From the NCBI GenBank assembly GCA_018819405.1, contig JAHJQF010000001.1:513377-577376 (forward strand): a stretch of DNA of 64,000 nucleotides, read 5' to 3'. The notes beneath the pieces were generated by a model. It was not told the DNA's origin, did not search any database, and worked only from the letters and a program-made list of their open reading frames with translations. This DNA comes from Patescibacteria group bacterium. GTDB taxonomy: Bacteria > Patescibacteriota > Patescibacteriia > UBA1558 > GWA2-36-10. This document shows, piece by piece, positions 48,436-57,550 of this stretch (position 1 is the first letter of the stretch; the number at the start of each line of letters is the position of its first letter). A program made the position numbers and the translations under genes.

Positions 48436-50133
48436 ATGACTTTAGCTGTTAGATTCAAGCAGATAGTGGATAAATTTGGCAGGCATACAGCCTTGGCCTA
48501 TTTAGTTGATGAACAATACAAAAAAATAAGCTATCGGGAGCTAGATAGACGTCGTTTATATCAGGCAAATAATTGGAAAAGTTTTGGCTGGCAAAAAGGT
48601 GAAAAGGTAGCTCTGATGCTGGATAATTCTCCAGAATGGGTAATCAGTGATTTAGCGGCAGCGACTTTGGGTCTTATAGTTGTGCCAATTCATACTACCT
48701 TTAATGGTGAATATATTAAAAGGGTCATGGAGCACTCGGGCGCCAAGTATTTAATTATAAATCGTGAGTATTTTGATAAACACAAAAATACAATATTATC
48801 TTTTGACTTAAAAAAAATAATTATAGTAGGTGGTAGTCTAGATTTAAAGGATGAAAAAATTATTGGCTGGCCAAGACTGGATTTACAGAAAAAATTGGAG
48901 GATATCTTGATAAATGTGGACGAGGATGATGTGCACACTATAATATATACATCTGGTACTACGGGTGATCCAAAAGGCGTAATGTTGACTCATAAAAATT
49001 TGATAGTAAATGCAGAGTCAGCCAAAAGGAGTGTCAATATTACCTATAAAGATCGATTTTTTTCTTTTTTACCCCTTTCTCACGCTTTTGAGCGCACAGC
49101 TGGTTATTATTGTCCAATTTTTACTGGATCAAGCATTTATTTTGCCAGAAGCAGTAAAAGCATAGTAGATGATATCAAAAAAGCTAGGCCGACTATGATC
49201 AACAGTGTGCCCCGTATTTTTGAAAGGATTTATGGCAAGGTTTTTGACAATGTAGAATCAGGTAGTAATTTCAAAAAAAAGTTGTTTTTCAAATCTCTCA
49301 AGCTATCGGTTTTGAAAAGAAAAAATGAACTGGATTTTTTAAGCAAATTATCTTTATTTATTTTAGATTTATTGGTATTAAAAAAAGTCAGGGCGATATT
49401 GGGGGGTAGACTTAGATTGGCAATATCAGGCGGCGCTTCTTTAGATATAAAAATTTTGAGATTTTTTGAAAATTTGGGCATTGATATTATAGAAGGATAT
49501 GGTATGACCGAGACTTCACCTGTGATTGCTGTAAATAAAGTAAATAATAGCCGACCTGGTACTGTAGGCCAAGCTTTAGATTGTAATGAGATAGTCGTGG
49601 CTCAAAATAAGGAAATTTTGATAAAAGGTGAAAATGTAATGTTGGGATATTATGCTAATGATGGAGCAACTAGTGAAATTATAGACAAAGACAAGTGGCT
49701 GCATACAGGAGATTTTGGTTTCTTAGATAAAGAAGGTTTTTTGACCATAATAGGTAGAGCCAAGGATGTTATAGTGCTTTCTACCGGTAAAAATATTTTT
49801 CCAGAGACTATAGAAAATACATTAAATGAAAGTAGATTTATTGTTCAAAGTATGGTTTACGGAGACAATCAAAAACATATATCTGCTTTGATAGTCCCAA
49901 ATTTTGAACAATTAAAAAAATGGTGTGAAGAAAATAAAATAGAATTTGATTTAAACGATCAAAAAGTACAAGGCTTTTATAGAGATAAGATAACTAGTCG
50001 ATTGGCTCATTTTGCCCAAGTAGAACAAATAGGTGATTTTAAATTATTGGAAGAGGAATTTAGCCAAGAAAATGGAATGTTGACTCCTACTTTGAAATTA
50101 AAGAGGTATAAGATTAAAAAAATATATTTATAA
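48436..50133 (+). CDS. long-chain fatty acid--CoA ligase (AMP-binding)
   Basis: IIYTSGTTGDPKGV AMP-binding motif I and the GYGMTE motif. Confidence 0.85.
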   Translation: MTLAVRFKQIVDKFGRHTALAYLVDEQYKKISYRELDRRRLYQANNWKSFGWQKGEKVALMLDNSPEWVISDLAAATLGLIVVPIHTTFNGEYIKRVMEHSGAKYLIINREYFDKHKNTILSFDLKKIIIVGGSLDLKDEKIIGWPRLDLQKKLEDILINVDEDDVHTIIYTSGTTGDPKGVMLTHKNLIVNAESAKRSVNITYKDRFFSFLPLSHAFERTAGYYCPIFTGSSIYFARSSKSIVDDIKKARPTMINSVPRIFERIYGKVFDNVESGSNFKKKLFFKSLKLSVLKRKNELDFLSKLSLFILDLLVLKKVRAILGGRLRLAISGGASLDIKILRFFENLGIDIIEGYGMTETSPVIAVNKVNNSRPGTVGQALDCNEIVVAQNKEILIKGENVMLGYYANDGATSEIIDKDKWLHTGDFGFLDKEGFLTIIGRAKDVIVLSTGKNIFPETIENTLNESRFIVQSMVYGDNQKHISALIVPNFEQLKKWCEENKIEFDLNDQKVQGFYRDKITSRLAHFAQVEQIGDFKLLEEEFSQENGMLTPTLKLKRYKIKKIYL

Positions 50134-50134
50134 G

Positions 50135-50734
50135 ATGGGATATTATATTTTGAAATATTTATTCTATCCATTTATCAAACTGTTCTGGTTAGATAAAATT
50201 AGTGGTCTTAATAATATACCTAAAAAAGGCTCTTTTATAATAGTAGCTAACCATAAAAGTTATTTGGATTTTATATTACTTTTTACTTTTATACCAAGAA
50301 GAATATCTTTTTTAGCAGCTGAAGTTTTTTTTAAAAGTAAACTATGGCACCCAATAATGAAAATCACGGGGCAAATAAAAGTTGATAGGGAATCCCCTAA
50401 TAAAGGGGAAGTGTATAAAAATGTTGATAGGTTATTTAAAAAAGGAGGGGTTTTAGGTATATTCCCAGAAGGAACTAGGTCTAGAGACGGCAAATTACAC
50501 AAGGGTTATAATGGAGCTGTTAAATTTTCTTTTAAGTATCAAGTGCCTATCATTCCTATTGGTCTAATAAATACCTTTGATGCTTTTCCTCCGCATAGCA
50601 AAAAGCCGAGGTTGGTTAGATGTATAATTAATATAGGTGAGTCGTTTTATTTAGATAGTACAGATTATGATATAGAAACTAGCAGATTAATGAACAAAAT
50701 AGCAAAACTTTCAGGTGAGGTATATGAAGATTGA
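50135..50734 (+). CDS. plsC: 1-acyl-sn-glycerol-3-phosphate acyltransferase
   Basis: NHKSYLD (HX4D) and the FPEGTRS motif. Confidence 0.75.
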   Translation: MGYYILKYLFYPFIKLFWLDKISGLNNIPKKGSFIIVANHKSYLDFILLFTFIPRRISFLAAEVFFKSKLWHPIMKITGQIKVDRESPNKGEVYKNVDRLFKKGGVLGIFPEGTRSRDGKLHKGYNGAVKFSFKYQVPIIPIGLINTFDAFPPHSKKPRLVRCIINIGESFYLDSTDYDIETSRLMNKIAKLSGEVYED

Positions 50735-51398
50735 TAATAAGGACATTTTAGTATTTTTTGATATAGATAATACAATAGTGGATGGTTATACACAGAAATA
50801 TTTTATTCAATTTTTGATGAATAAAGGTAAGATAAGTAAAAAATATTTATTATTTTTAGCAATTTGGTTTATATTATATAAATTAAAAGTTATAAAAAAT
50901 ACAAACAGAGCTATAAAATTTTATGTAGGTTTATTGAATGGTCTAAGCGAACAAGAACTACGGAACATTGTTGATGATTTTTTCCAAAGTAAAATAAAAA
51001 ATCATATTTTTTTAGGGGCATTAAGAGATGTTAAATATCATTTGAAGAATGGACACAATGTTGTATTTGTTTCTATGAGTTTAAAACCAATAGTAGAAAA
51101 AATAGCGGAGTATTTAAAAGTTAATTATGTTGTAGCCACTAATCTAGAGATATTAAATGGGGTTTATACTGGAAAAATTTTAGGGTATATAATAGAAGGA
51201 GATTTTCGTCTAAATGCCATAAAAGAATACATAAAAATGTTCGACAGTGATAAATTAATAACACATTTTTATACAGATCATTATTCAGATATACCAATTT
51301 TGAGATTAATTGATAGTCCGCATGTTGTTAATCCAGATAATATTTTATATAGAGAGGCAATAAAAAATAACTGGGAAATATTAAAATATAAGAAATAA
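50715..51398 (+). CDS. HAD-superfamily hydrolase (subfamily IB-like)
   Basis: FFDIDNTIVDG gives the DxDxT motif I. Confidence 0.6.
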   Translation: MRYMKIDNKDILVFFDIDNTIVDGYTQKYFIQFLMNKGKISKKYLLFLAIWFILYKLKVIKNTNRAIKFYVGLLNGLSEQELRNIVDDFFQSKIKNHIFLGALRDVKYHLKNGHNVVFVSMSLKPIVEKIAEYLKVNYVVATNLEILNGVYTGKILGYIIEGDFRLNAIKEYIKMFDSDKLITHFYTDHYSDIPILRLIDSPHVVNPDNILYREAIKNNWEILKYKK

Positions 51399-54205
51399 TG
51401 AATGCTTTTGCTTTTTCAAGTTTAGTTACTAGTATTTGGAGCTTTGTATTAGCTAGTTTTGTTTTTATCAAGAATAAGAATAGATCAAGTATCTTATGGG
51501 CTAGAACCAGTGTGTCTATCGGATTTTGGAGCATGGGTTTGTTTGGTGTAACATTTTTTAAAAATTATCAATATGCCTATTTGTCACAAATAATTCTAGA
51601 TATAGGTGCTATATTTTTGCCAGTGTTTTTTGTAGATTTTGTAGCAAATTTAACAGAGGAGGGGAATAAATACAAGAAATTCATTAGATTTAATTATATA
51701 TTTGCAATATTTTTATCATTATTTAGCTTGACCCCATATTTTAAGACAGGTTTAAAGTCAGTATTTAATTTTGAGTATTGGATAAATCCAGGACCATTAT
51801 ATTTTGTATTTCCAGTATTTTTTATGGTATTAGCAATATTTTCTGTATTTTTGTTAATTAGCAATCGGAAAATGTCTTTAGGTCTTAAAAGGCAACAAAT
51901 AAAGTATGTCTTATACTCGGCTTTTATTGGTTTTGGTGGTGGAGCCTTCAACTTCCTGCCACAATTTTCACATATATATCCCATAGGTAATTATTTAGTA
52001 GGATTTTATGCTTTAGCGATTACTTATGCAATAATTAAGTATCGTTTAATGAATATCCGTCTAATCCTTACCCGTAGTATATTGTACGGTGTCTTAGTAG
52101 CTGCTGTAGCTGCTTTTTTTGCCCTATCGGTATTGGTAGTAGGTGAGGCTGTTGGGGGCAATACCAAAACTAGCAAAATAATTACCTATATTATTACTTC
52201 ATTTATAGTGGTTGTATTTTTGGATCCAGTTAAGCGCACTTGGGCCAAAGTGACAGATAAAATATTTTATAAAGACAAAATAGATTATCAGGATGCTTTG
52301 CAGCAGGCTAGTACTATATTGGCTAGAGAAATTGACTTGCAAAAATTATTGCAAAAATTATCTAAACTCTTGACCATTAGGCTCAAAATAAAAAATATAG
52401 CTGTATTAATTCCAGAAAATGGCATTTTTTATTCAGTAAAGCCTGTGTTGTCTGAAAAAAATAATCCAGGAATTAGTGTTTCGCAGAATTTTGTTGCTTA
52501 TCTTAATAATAATAAAGAGTTGTGTATAATAGAGGAAATTATCCGCGGTAGTAAGGAAGGAGAAATCAGCCAACAAACTCAAGATTTTATAAAAGAAGCA
52601 GAAAACTTAAAAATAGAAGTAGTGGTCCCTATAGTAGAGTCAGAAAATATTACTGCTATATTTCTTATCAGCGCCAAGCAATCGGGTGACCTTTACAATG
52701 ATGATGATGTCAATTTTTTCAAAGTACTCACTCCTCAGGTGGCCAATGCCATAGAAAAGTCCAAGCTTTATGAGGAAGTGGAGCAGTTCAATAGAGAATT
52801 GCAGCAAAAAGTAGAGGATAGGACCAAAGATCTCAAGCAGGTCAATCTGGCGTTGGAGGATAGAAACAAATTTTTGACTACCATGCAAGTAGTTATTAAT
52901 ATGGTTAGTCGCACTCTAGATCTTAAAAAAGTCAATCAAATGATCGCCGATTCTATTGCCAAAGAGCTTGGTTATGTTGGCGGTATTTTGAGTTTTGTAG
53001 ACAGCGAAAAAAAAGTTTTGCGTGTAGGGGCTATTACGTCCAATGAAAATGCTCAAAAAGCTTTTCGGATGCTTGCTCAAGAGCCACGTGAATATGAAAC
53101 AAACCTAGAAAATAATTATAATTTGTCAGCCCAAACATTTCTCAATGGAAAGATAAATTTTTCCGATAAGATGTCAGACTTTTTGTCCCCGCCGGTAGAA
53201 AAAGAGGCAATAGACAAAATTCAAGAAATTTTGGGTATCAAGACAGTGGTTGGTGTGCCTATATTTTCTGAAGCCAAGATAATCGGTGTGATTCAATTTT
53301 ATCTGCCAGTCAAACAGGATAAAATATCAGCTCTTGATATAGAAATTATGACAGCACTTACCAACCAAGTAGGTATAGTATCTCGCAACTTGAAATTGTA
53401 CAAAAATCTTCAAAAAGCCAATATGGATTTGCAGGATGCTAATATCCGTTTGCGCGAGCTGGACAAAGCCAAAAGTGAATTTTTGTCCATTGCTTCTCAT
53501 CAGCTACGCACTCCTATATCAGCTATCAAAGGGTATTTGTCTATGATGATAGACGGTGATTTTGGTAAAATACCACCAAGCATCTCTGCTGTGATAGCCA
53601 ATCTTTTTGAGAGTTCCGCCAGGCTGGCCAGGCTGATAAATATATTTTTGAACGTATCACGCATTGAATCAGGACGTCTCAAGCTGGAGAAAAAACCCAT
53701 CCAGATAAATGATATGATAGAAAGTGTGATGATGGAACTTGTCAATCAGGCCAATCAAAAAGGCGTAAAACTCAAATACAAAAAAGCCAAAAAAGCTCCG
53801 CCACTTATATTGGCTGATGCCGACAAGCTGCGCGAAGTAGTACTCAACTTGGTAGACAATGCTATCAAATATACTCCAGAGGGCAAGATTGATGTGATGG
53901 TAGAATATGACAAGGCCAATCTAAAGTTTTTGGTCAAAGACACTGGTATTGGTATAGATCCAATGGAGGCCAAGACTTTGTTTAGAAAGTTTGTCCGAGG
54001 TAGTGGTGTAGCCCAGATTCACACCGGCGGATCCGGTTTAGGATTATTTATTGCTCAAAAGATTATCAAAGAACACGGCGGTAATATCTGGGTAGAGAGT
54101 GAAGGCAAGGGTAAAGGCTCAGTATTTCAATTTGAAATACCAATATATGACGGACATGAAGTACCGGAGTATAAAAAAGAGGCAGAGGATAGTAAGAGTA
54201 AATAA
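51398..54205 (+). CDS. sensor histidine kinase with 7TM N-domain, GAF domains, HisKA and HATPase_c
   Basis: H-box LSIASHQLRTPISAIKGY. N, G1 (DTGIGI) and G2 (GGSGLGL) boxes. N-terminal 7TM like the paralogs at 42862-45743. Confidence 0.8.
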   Translation: MNAFAFSSLVTSIWSFVLASFVFIKNKNRSSILWARTSVSIGFWSMGLFGVTFFKNYQYAYLSQIILDIGAIFLPVFFVDFVANLTEEGNKYKKFIRFNYIFAIFLSLFSLTPYFKTGLKSVFNFEYWINPGPLYFVFPVFFMVLAIFSVFLLISNRKMSLGLKRQQIKYVLYSAFIGFGGGAFNFLPQFSHIYPIGNYLVGFYALAITYAIIKYRLMNIRLILTRSILYGVLVAAVAAFFALSVLVVGEAVGGNTKTSKIITYIITSFIVVVFLDPVKRTWAKVTDKIFYKDKIDYQDALQQASTILAREIDLQKLLQKLSKLLTIRLKIKNIAVLIPENGIFYSVKPVLSEKNNPGISVSQNFVAYLNNNKELCIIEEIIRGSKEGEISQQTQDFIKEAENLKIEVVVPIVESENITAIFLISAKQSGDLYNDDDVNFFKVLTPQVANAIEKSKLYEEVEQFNRELQQKVEDRTKDLKQVNLALEDRNKFLTTMQVVINMVSRTLDLKKVNQMIADSIAKELGYVGGILSFVDSEKKVLRVGAITSNENAQKAFRMLAQEPREYETNLENNYNLSAQTFLNGKINFSDKMSDFLSPPVEKEAIDKIQEILGIKTVVGVPIFSEAKIIGVIQFYLPVKQDKISALDIEIMTALTNQVGIVSRNLKLYKNLQKANMDLQDANIRLRELDKAKSEFLSIASHQLRTPISAIKGYLSMMIDGDFGKIPPSISAVIANLFESSARLARLINIFLNVSRIESGRLKLEKKPIQINDMIESVMMELVNQANQKGVKLKYKKAKKAPPLILADADKLREVVLNLVDNAIKYTPEGKIDVMVEYDKANLKFLVKDTGIGIDPMEAKTLFRKFVRGSGVAQIHTGGSGLGLFIAQKIIKEHGGNIWVESEGKGKGSVFQFEIPIYDGHEVPEYKKEAEDSKSK

Positions 54206-54217
54206 TATTAGTTTTAT

Positions 54218-54251
54218 TACCGCCGCGGCAAAGCCGCGGCGGTTTTTTTAT
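54218..54251 (+). terminator. rho-independent terminator
   Basis: accgccgcgg caaa gccgcggcggt followed by ttttttt. Confidence 0.85.
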
Positions 54252-54259
54252 TATTTCTA

Positions 54260-54306
54260 TTGACAAGTTATTTCTATTGCTATAAACATAGCGACGGCTC
54301 TAGAAA
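54260..54306 (+). promoter_or_regulatory. promoter plus palindromic operator-like motif upstream of the radical-SAM gene
   Basis: TTGACA, a 15-bp spacer, TATAAA. GCTATAAACATAGC-GACGGCTCTAGAAA shares a 20-plus-nt core with 60948-60975. Confidence 0.5.
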
Positions 54307-54368
54307 ATGTCCTCTCACAATTTTGTCTTTTTGGTCTAGAAACCTTGGTGCTTAGAAAGGAGCATATT

Positions 54369-55388
54369 ATGTTTTGCTGGCTTACCGTTAACAGATCTTG
54401 TAACATGCGTTGCCATTGGTGCTACGCTAAAGAAAAGATTGATAGTTCTTCTAGTATGACTCTAGATGTTCTGGAGTCAATATTGAGTGTGGTGGCTAAT
54501 AAACCAATAAACGTTTTTACACTTATTGGTGGAGAGCCAACCATACACAAAGATCTATCGTCTTTCATCAAGCGCCTCAAGCCATCACGAGTAATGATGG
54601 TAAGTAATGGTTTGAGATTGGCAAATATGTCATATTTGTTCAATCTCAAGGAGAGTGGTTTGGATGTAGTAGCTCTTTCTTTGAAAGGGGCAAATCAAGC
54701 GGAGTACCTAAAAAACACTGGTGTGCCAGGATTGGATAAGGTAGAACGGGCGGTAGCTAATATGAATGCTTTGGGCATGCAGTACAATATTTCGGTTACG
54801 TTTTCAGATAGTGTCATGGATTCGTTGCCGATGATATTGGATTGGATGCAATCATCCAATGCTCAAAGTATGTCTATAAACTATTGCCGACCTTATGTAG
54901 TCGACGGTAGAATCAGTGCACAGGGGGTTCCTAGCCCCGTAGAGATGGCAGAAAGGACAGTGCAGAGTTACGAGCTGATCAGGAAAAGCGGAGTACGCTG
55001 TACCTTTTCTTTCTTGTTGCCGCTGTGTTTGTTGCCGCGGGAGTTTATTGACTTGCTAGTCTCAAGGAATGAACTCTCAACAATCTGTCAACTTCAGAAG
55101 CATACAGGTATCATTTTTGAACCAGATGGTAGTCTAATCCCTTGTCATCATTTGTTTGACTACAAGCTCGGGAAGCTTGGAGAGGATTTTACTACCGCTG
55201 CGGAATTTGATACCTTTATGGAAGGAGGTAAAATATCAAGGTTTTATCGTAAGACAGGCGGTTTTCCACACGAAAAATGTTTGTCTTGCGATTTGCGAAC
55301 AAGGTGTGGTGGAGGCTGCTTGGTACAACACCTGCAGTATTCTCCTAGTGAATTAATACCCCAAGCTTTTGAAAGGATGGAGAAATGA
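54369..55388 (+). CDS. radical SAM / SPASM-domain peptide-modifying enzyme
   Basis: CNMRCHWC (CxxxCxxC) at the N-terminus. C-terminal SPASM CLSCDLRTRCGGGC. Start at ATG 54369, preceded by AAAGGAG. Confidence 0.8.
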   Translation: MFCWLTVNRSCNMRCHWCYAKEKIDSSSSMTLDVLESILSVVANKPINVFTLIGGEPTIHKDLSSFIKRLKPSRVMMVSNGLRLANMSYLFNLKESGLDVVALSLKGANQAEYLKNTGVPGLDKVERAVANMNALGMQYNISVTFSDSVMDSLPMILDWMQSSNAQSMSINYCRPYVVDGRISAQGVPSPVEMAERTVQSYELIRKSGVRCTFSFLLPLCLLPREFIDLLVSRNELSTICQLQKHTGIIFEPDGSLIPCHHLFDYKLGKLGEDFTTAAEFDTFMEGGKISRFYRKTGGFPHEKCLSCDLRTRCGGGCLVQHLQYSPSELIPQAFERMEK

Positions 55389-55546
55389 ACAACAACCAGT
55401 CTGATCTTCGGCAGATCGTCGATGATATGCTGGACAAGCGTATCGAGACGGGAGAAGATCTCAGTGGCTTCAGCATCCGTGGTGCTGTGGCAGGAGAGAT
55501 GATCTGTGGCGACTGCGGAGATGGCGATTGCGAATGTAGCTCGTAG
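55385..55546 (+). CDS. 53-aa Cys-rich peptide, putative RiPP precursor (not in the ORF track)
   Basis: ATGA overlap with the radical-SAM stop. Translation MNNNQSDLRQIVDDMLDKRIETGEDLSGFSIRGAVAGEMICGDCGDGDCECSS. About 52% GC. Hairpin after the stop. Confidence 0.5.
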   Translation: MNNNQSDLRQIVDDMLDKRIETGEDLSGFSIRGAVAGEMICGDCGDGDCECSS

Positions 55547-55601
55547 AGCTCTTCGTGATTTTACGGGGGTATGTCTGTAGCATGCCCCCACAATAAAGTT
55601 T

Positions 55602-56120
55602 ATGAAATTTATATATAACAAAGAAATTGACCAGCAGTGTCATGATAGATTGTCAGCTCATGATAGTATTTTTGGTGAAGTCAAAAAAACTGGCAGCTAC
55701 CCAGTGACCGAAGAGATTGTCAAACAGTTTAATGATAAATGGACAGAAGAAATTGATAAATATTTTGTAGCTGGTATATATAAAATATTTAAAAAATCAA
55801 TTCCAGAAAATTTTACAGTATATATAAATTCCACGCCTTATTCTATGGATATAGAGGACGGAATATCTATTTCAGCCTCATCTATCAATGTAATGATAAT
55901 GCTTGTTTGCCACGAGGCCAATCACTATATGTTTAGAAAGAGTGATTATAAAAATAAATATTTTCCAAATAAAGATATAGAAGAGGCTAAAGAGATTTTT
56001 ACAGTAGTAAATAATATTTATTTCAAAGATATTATGGAAAAAGAGGACAAGGCTTGGAGTAAATTTTTTGAAGAAAGAGAACAATTTTTACAACGATGGA
56101 AAGATCGCTTTGCCGGGTAA
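55602..56120 (+). CDS. HExxH-motif protein (putative zinc metallopeptidase)
   Basis: 172 aa containing VCHEANHYMF. Sits downstream of the peptide. Confidence 0.45.
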   Translation: MKFIYNKEIDQQCHDRLSAHDSIFGEVKKTGSYPVTEEIVKQFNDKWTEEIDKYFVAGIYKIFKKSIPENFTVYINSTPYSMDIEDGISISASSINVMIMLVCHEANHYMFRKSDYKNKYFPNKDIEEAKEIFTVVNNIYFKDIMEKEDKAWSKFFEEREQFLQRWKDRFAG

Positions 56121-56291
56121 ATTCCAGCCCTCGGCAACTCTGTCCCACGCATCTTTCGCTGCCAATCGTGATTTTTACGCCAGAAAGGAGGCTCAGTACA
56201 TCTGATTTTCCTAGGGGGCAGACGTATTTTGCATCTTGCTGATATGTCTGCCTCCACACTTTATATATAATATAGTTTTATATATTGTAGT

Positions 56292-56320
56292 TTGACAACA
56301 ATTTGAGGATGCCTTATAAT
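56292..56320 (+). promoter_or_regulatory. consensus sigma70 promoter of the proBCA leader
   Basis: TTGACA, exactly 17 bp, then TATAAT. Confidence 0.65.
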
Positions 56321-56331
56321 TTTTGATAGTT

Positions 56332-56473
56332 ATGAAAAAATTATTCAGCAACAACCAAGCCCCGCATCCTCGCGAAATAGATTTTAGCGCCCGCTAAGGG
56401 ATGTTGTTGTTTTGAATATATTAAGTATAAATTTTATTAAGTAATAACTCTTGGCAGCGGCTAAGAGTTTTTT
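56332..56473 (+). promoter_or_regulatory. proB leader: 21-codon uORF plus an intrinsic terminator 6 nt before the proB ATG (attenuator-like)
   Basis: uORF MKKLFSNNQAPHPREIDFSAR at 56332-56397. Hairpin ctcttggcagcggctaagag plus tttttt at 56448-56473. Confidence 0.4.
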
Positions 56474-56479
56474 GTGAAT

Positions 56480-57550
56480 ATGAAAGAAATAATAGTAGTA
56501 AAAGTTGGTACAAATACCCTGACCGCCAATGGCTCAAATCTAAATAATGATTTGATAGCTAATTTGGTAAAACAACTGGCAAAACTCCATGAACAGGGTT
56601 ACCAGGTTGTTTTGGTAACTTCAGGGGCAGTAGCGGCTGGCAAGGAGGCACTGTATTTATCAAATGGTGATAATACGATTGTAAAGAGGCAGGTTTATGC
56701 TTCGGTTGGTCAGGCTCGGTTGATGCACAAGTATGAGAATTTTTTTGCCGAGCACGGGCTCAATATCGGCCAGGCACTACTGACTCATGATGATTTTTGT
56801 CATAGAGCCCGATATGATAATGCCTTACAAACTCTTCATGGATTATTAGACAGTGGAATCATCCCTGTTATTAATGAAAATGATGTAGTAACTATTAATG
56901 AATTATCATTTGGGGACAACGATGTCTTGGCCGCTACCACAGCAATAGCCATAGGGGCTAGCAAACTAATTTTTTTGACAAATCAAGAAGGTGTGATGAC
57001 AGATAATCCAAATAAAAATTCAGACGCCAGATTGATAGACAAGGTAGAGGATGCTAAAGAAATTTTTTCTGTAATATCGGATGGTCTGCCTTCTTCTGGC
57101 GGTATAGGAGGCATGTTTTCCAAAGTCAATGCTGCCAGGATTGCAACCAGTGCGGGAGTAGCCACCTGGGTTGCCAGTGGTCTGAGACCGGCCAATATAA
57201 GTGATATTGTACAGGGTAAAAAAATAGGTACATATTTTGTACCAAAAAAAACTACTTTGACAGCTAAGTCTAGATGGATTCTTTGTGCCAAGAATGCTTC
57301 CACAGGTGTTTATGTAGATGCCGGAGCAGTCAAAGCTTTGACTGACAGAAAAAGTCTTTTGATGGTAGGTATTCATAAAATTAAAGGATTTTTTGAAGCC
57401 AAGCAGATAATAGAAGTAATAGATGATACTGATCGTATAGTGGGATATGGGGTAGTAAATTATGACTCAGAAAGCTTAAAAGCAGCCTTGGACAACCCCA
57501 GATCTTTGGATAAAGAAATAATACATGCAGATAATTTTAGACTAATATGA
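56480..57550 (+). CDS. proB: glutamate 5-kinase
   Basis: VVKVGTN...LVTSGAVAAG amino-acid-kinase fold plus a C-terminal PUA domain. Confidence 0.9.
   Translation: MKEIIVVKVGTNTLTANGSNLNNDLIANLVKQLAKLHEQGYQVVLVTSGAVAAGKEALYLSNGDNTIVKRQVYASVGQARLMHKYENFFAEHGLNIGQALLTHDDFCHRARYDNALQTLHGLLDSGIIPVINENDVVTINELSFGDNDVLAATTAIAIGASKLIFLTNQEGVMTDNPNKNSDARLIDKVEDAKEIFSVISDGLPSSGGIGGMFSKVNAARIATSAGVATWVASGLRPANISDIVQGKKIGTYFVPKKTTLTAKSRWILCAKNASTGVYVDAGAVKALTDRKSLLMVGIHKIKGFFEAKQIIEVIDDTDRIVGYGVVNYDSESLKAALDNPRSLDKEIIHADNFRLI

Noticed and set aside
56018-56259. Two minus-strand ORFs (79 and 75 aa) at the 3' end of the HExxH gene
   Set aside because: They overlap a coding gene and a GC-rich intergenic stretch. 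Arg-rich low-complexity translations. No ribosome-binding site.
56332-56397. Classical proline-codon leader-peptide attenuation for proBCA
   Set aside because: The uORF has only two Pro among 21 residues (APHP). The layout is retained as attenuator-like, but the mechanism is not assigned.
56322-56473. T-box riboswitch in the proBCA leader
   Set aside because: Searched by eye for the GGGUGGNACCGCG core on both strands. It is absent.
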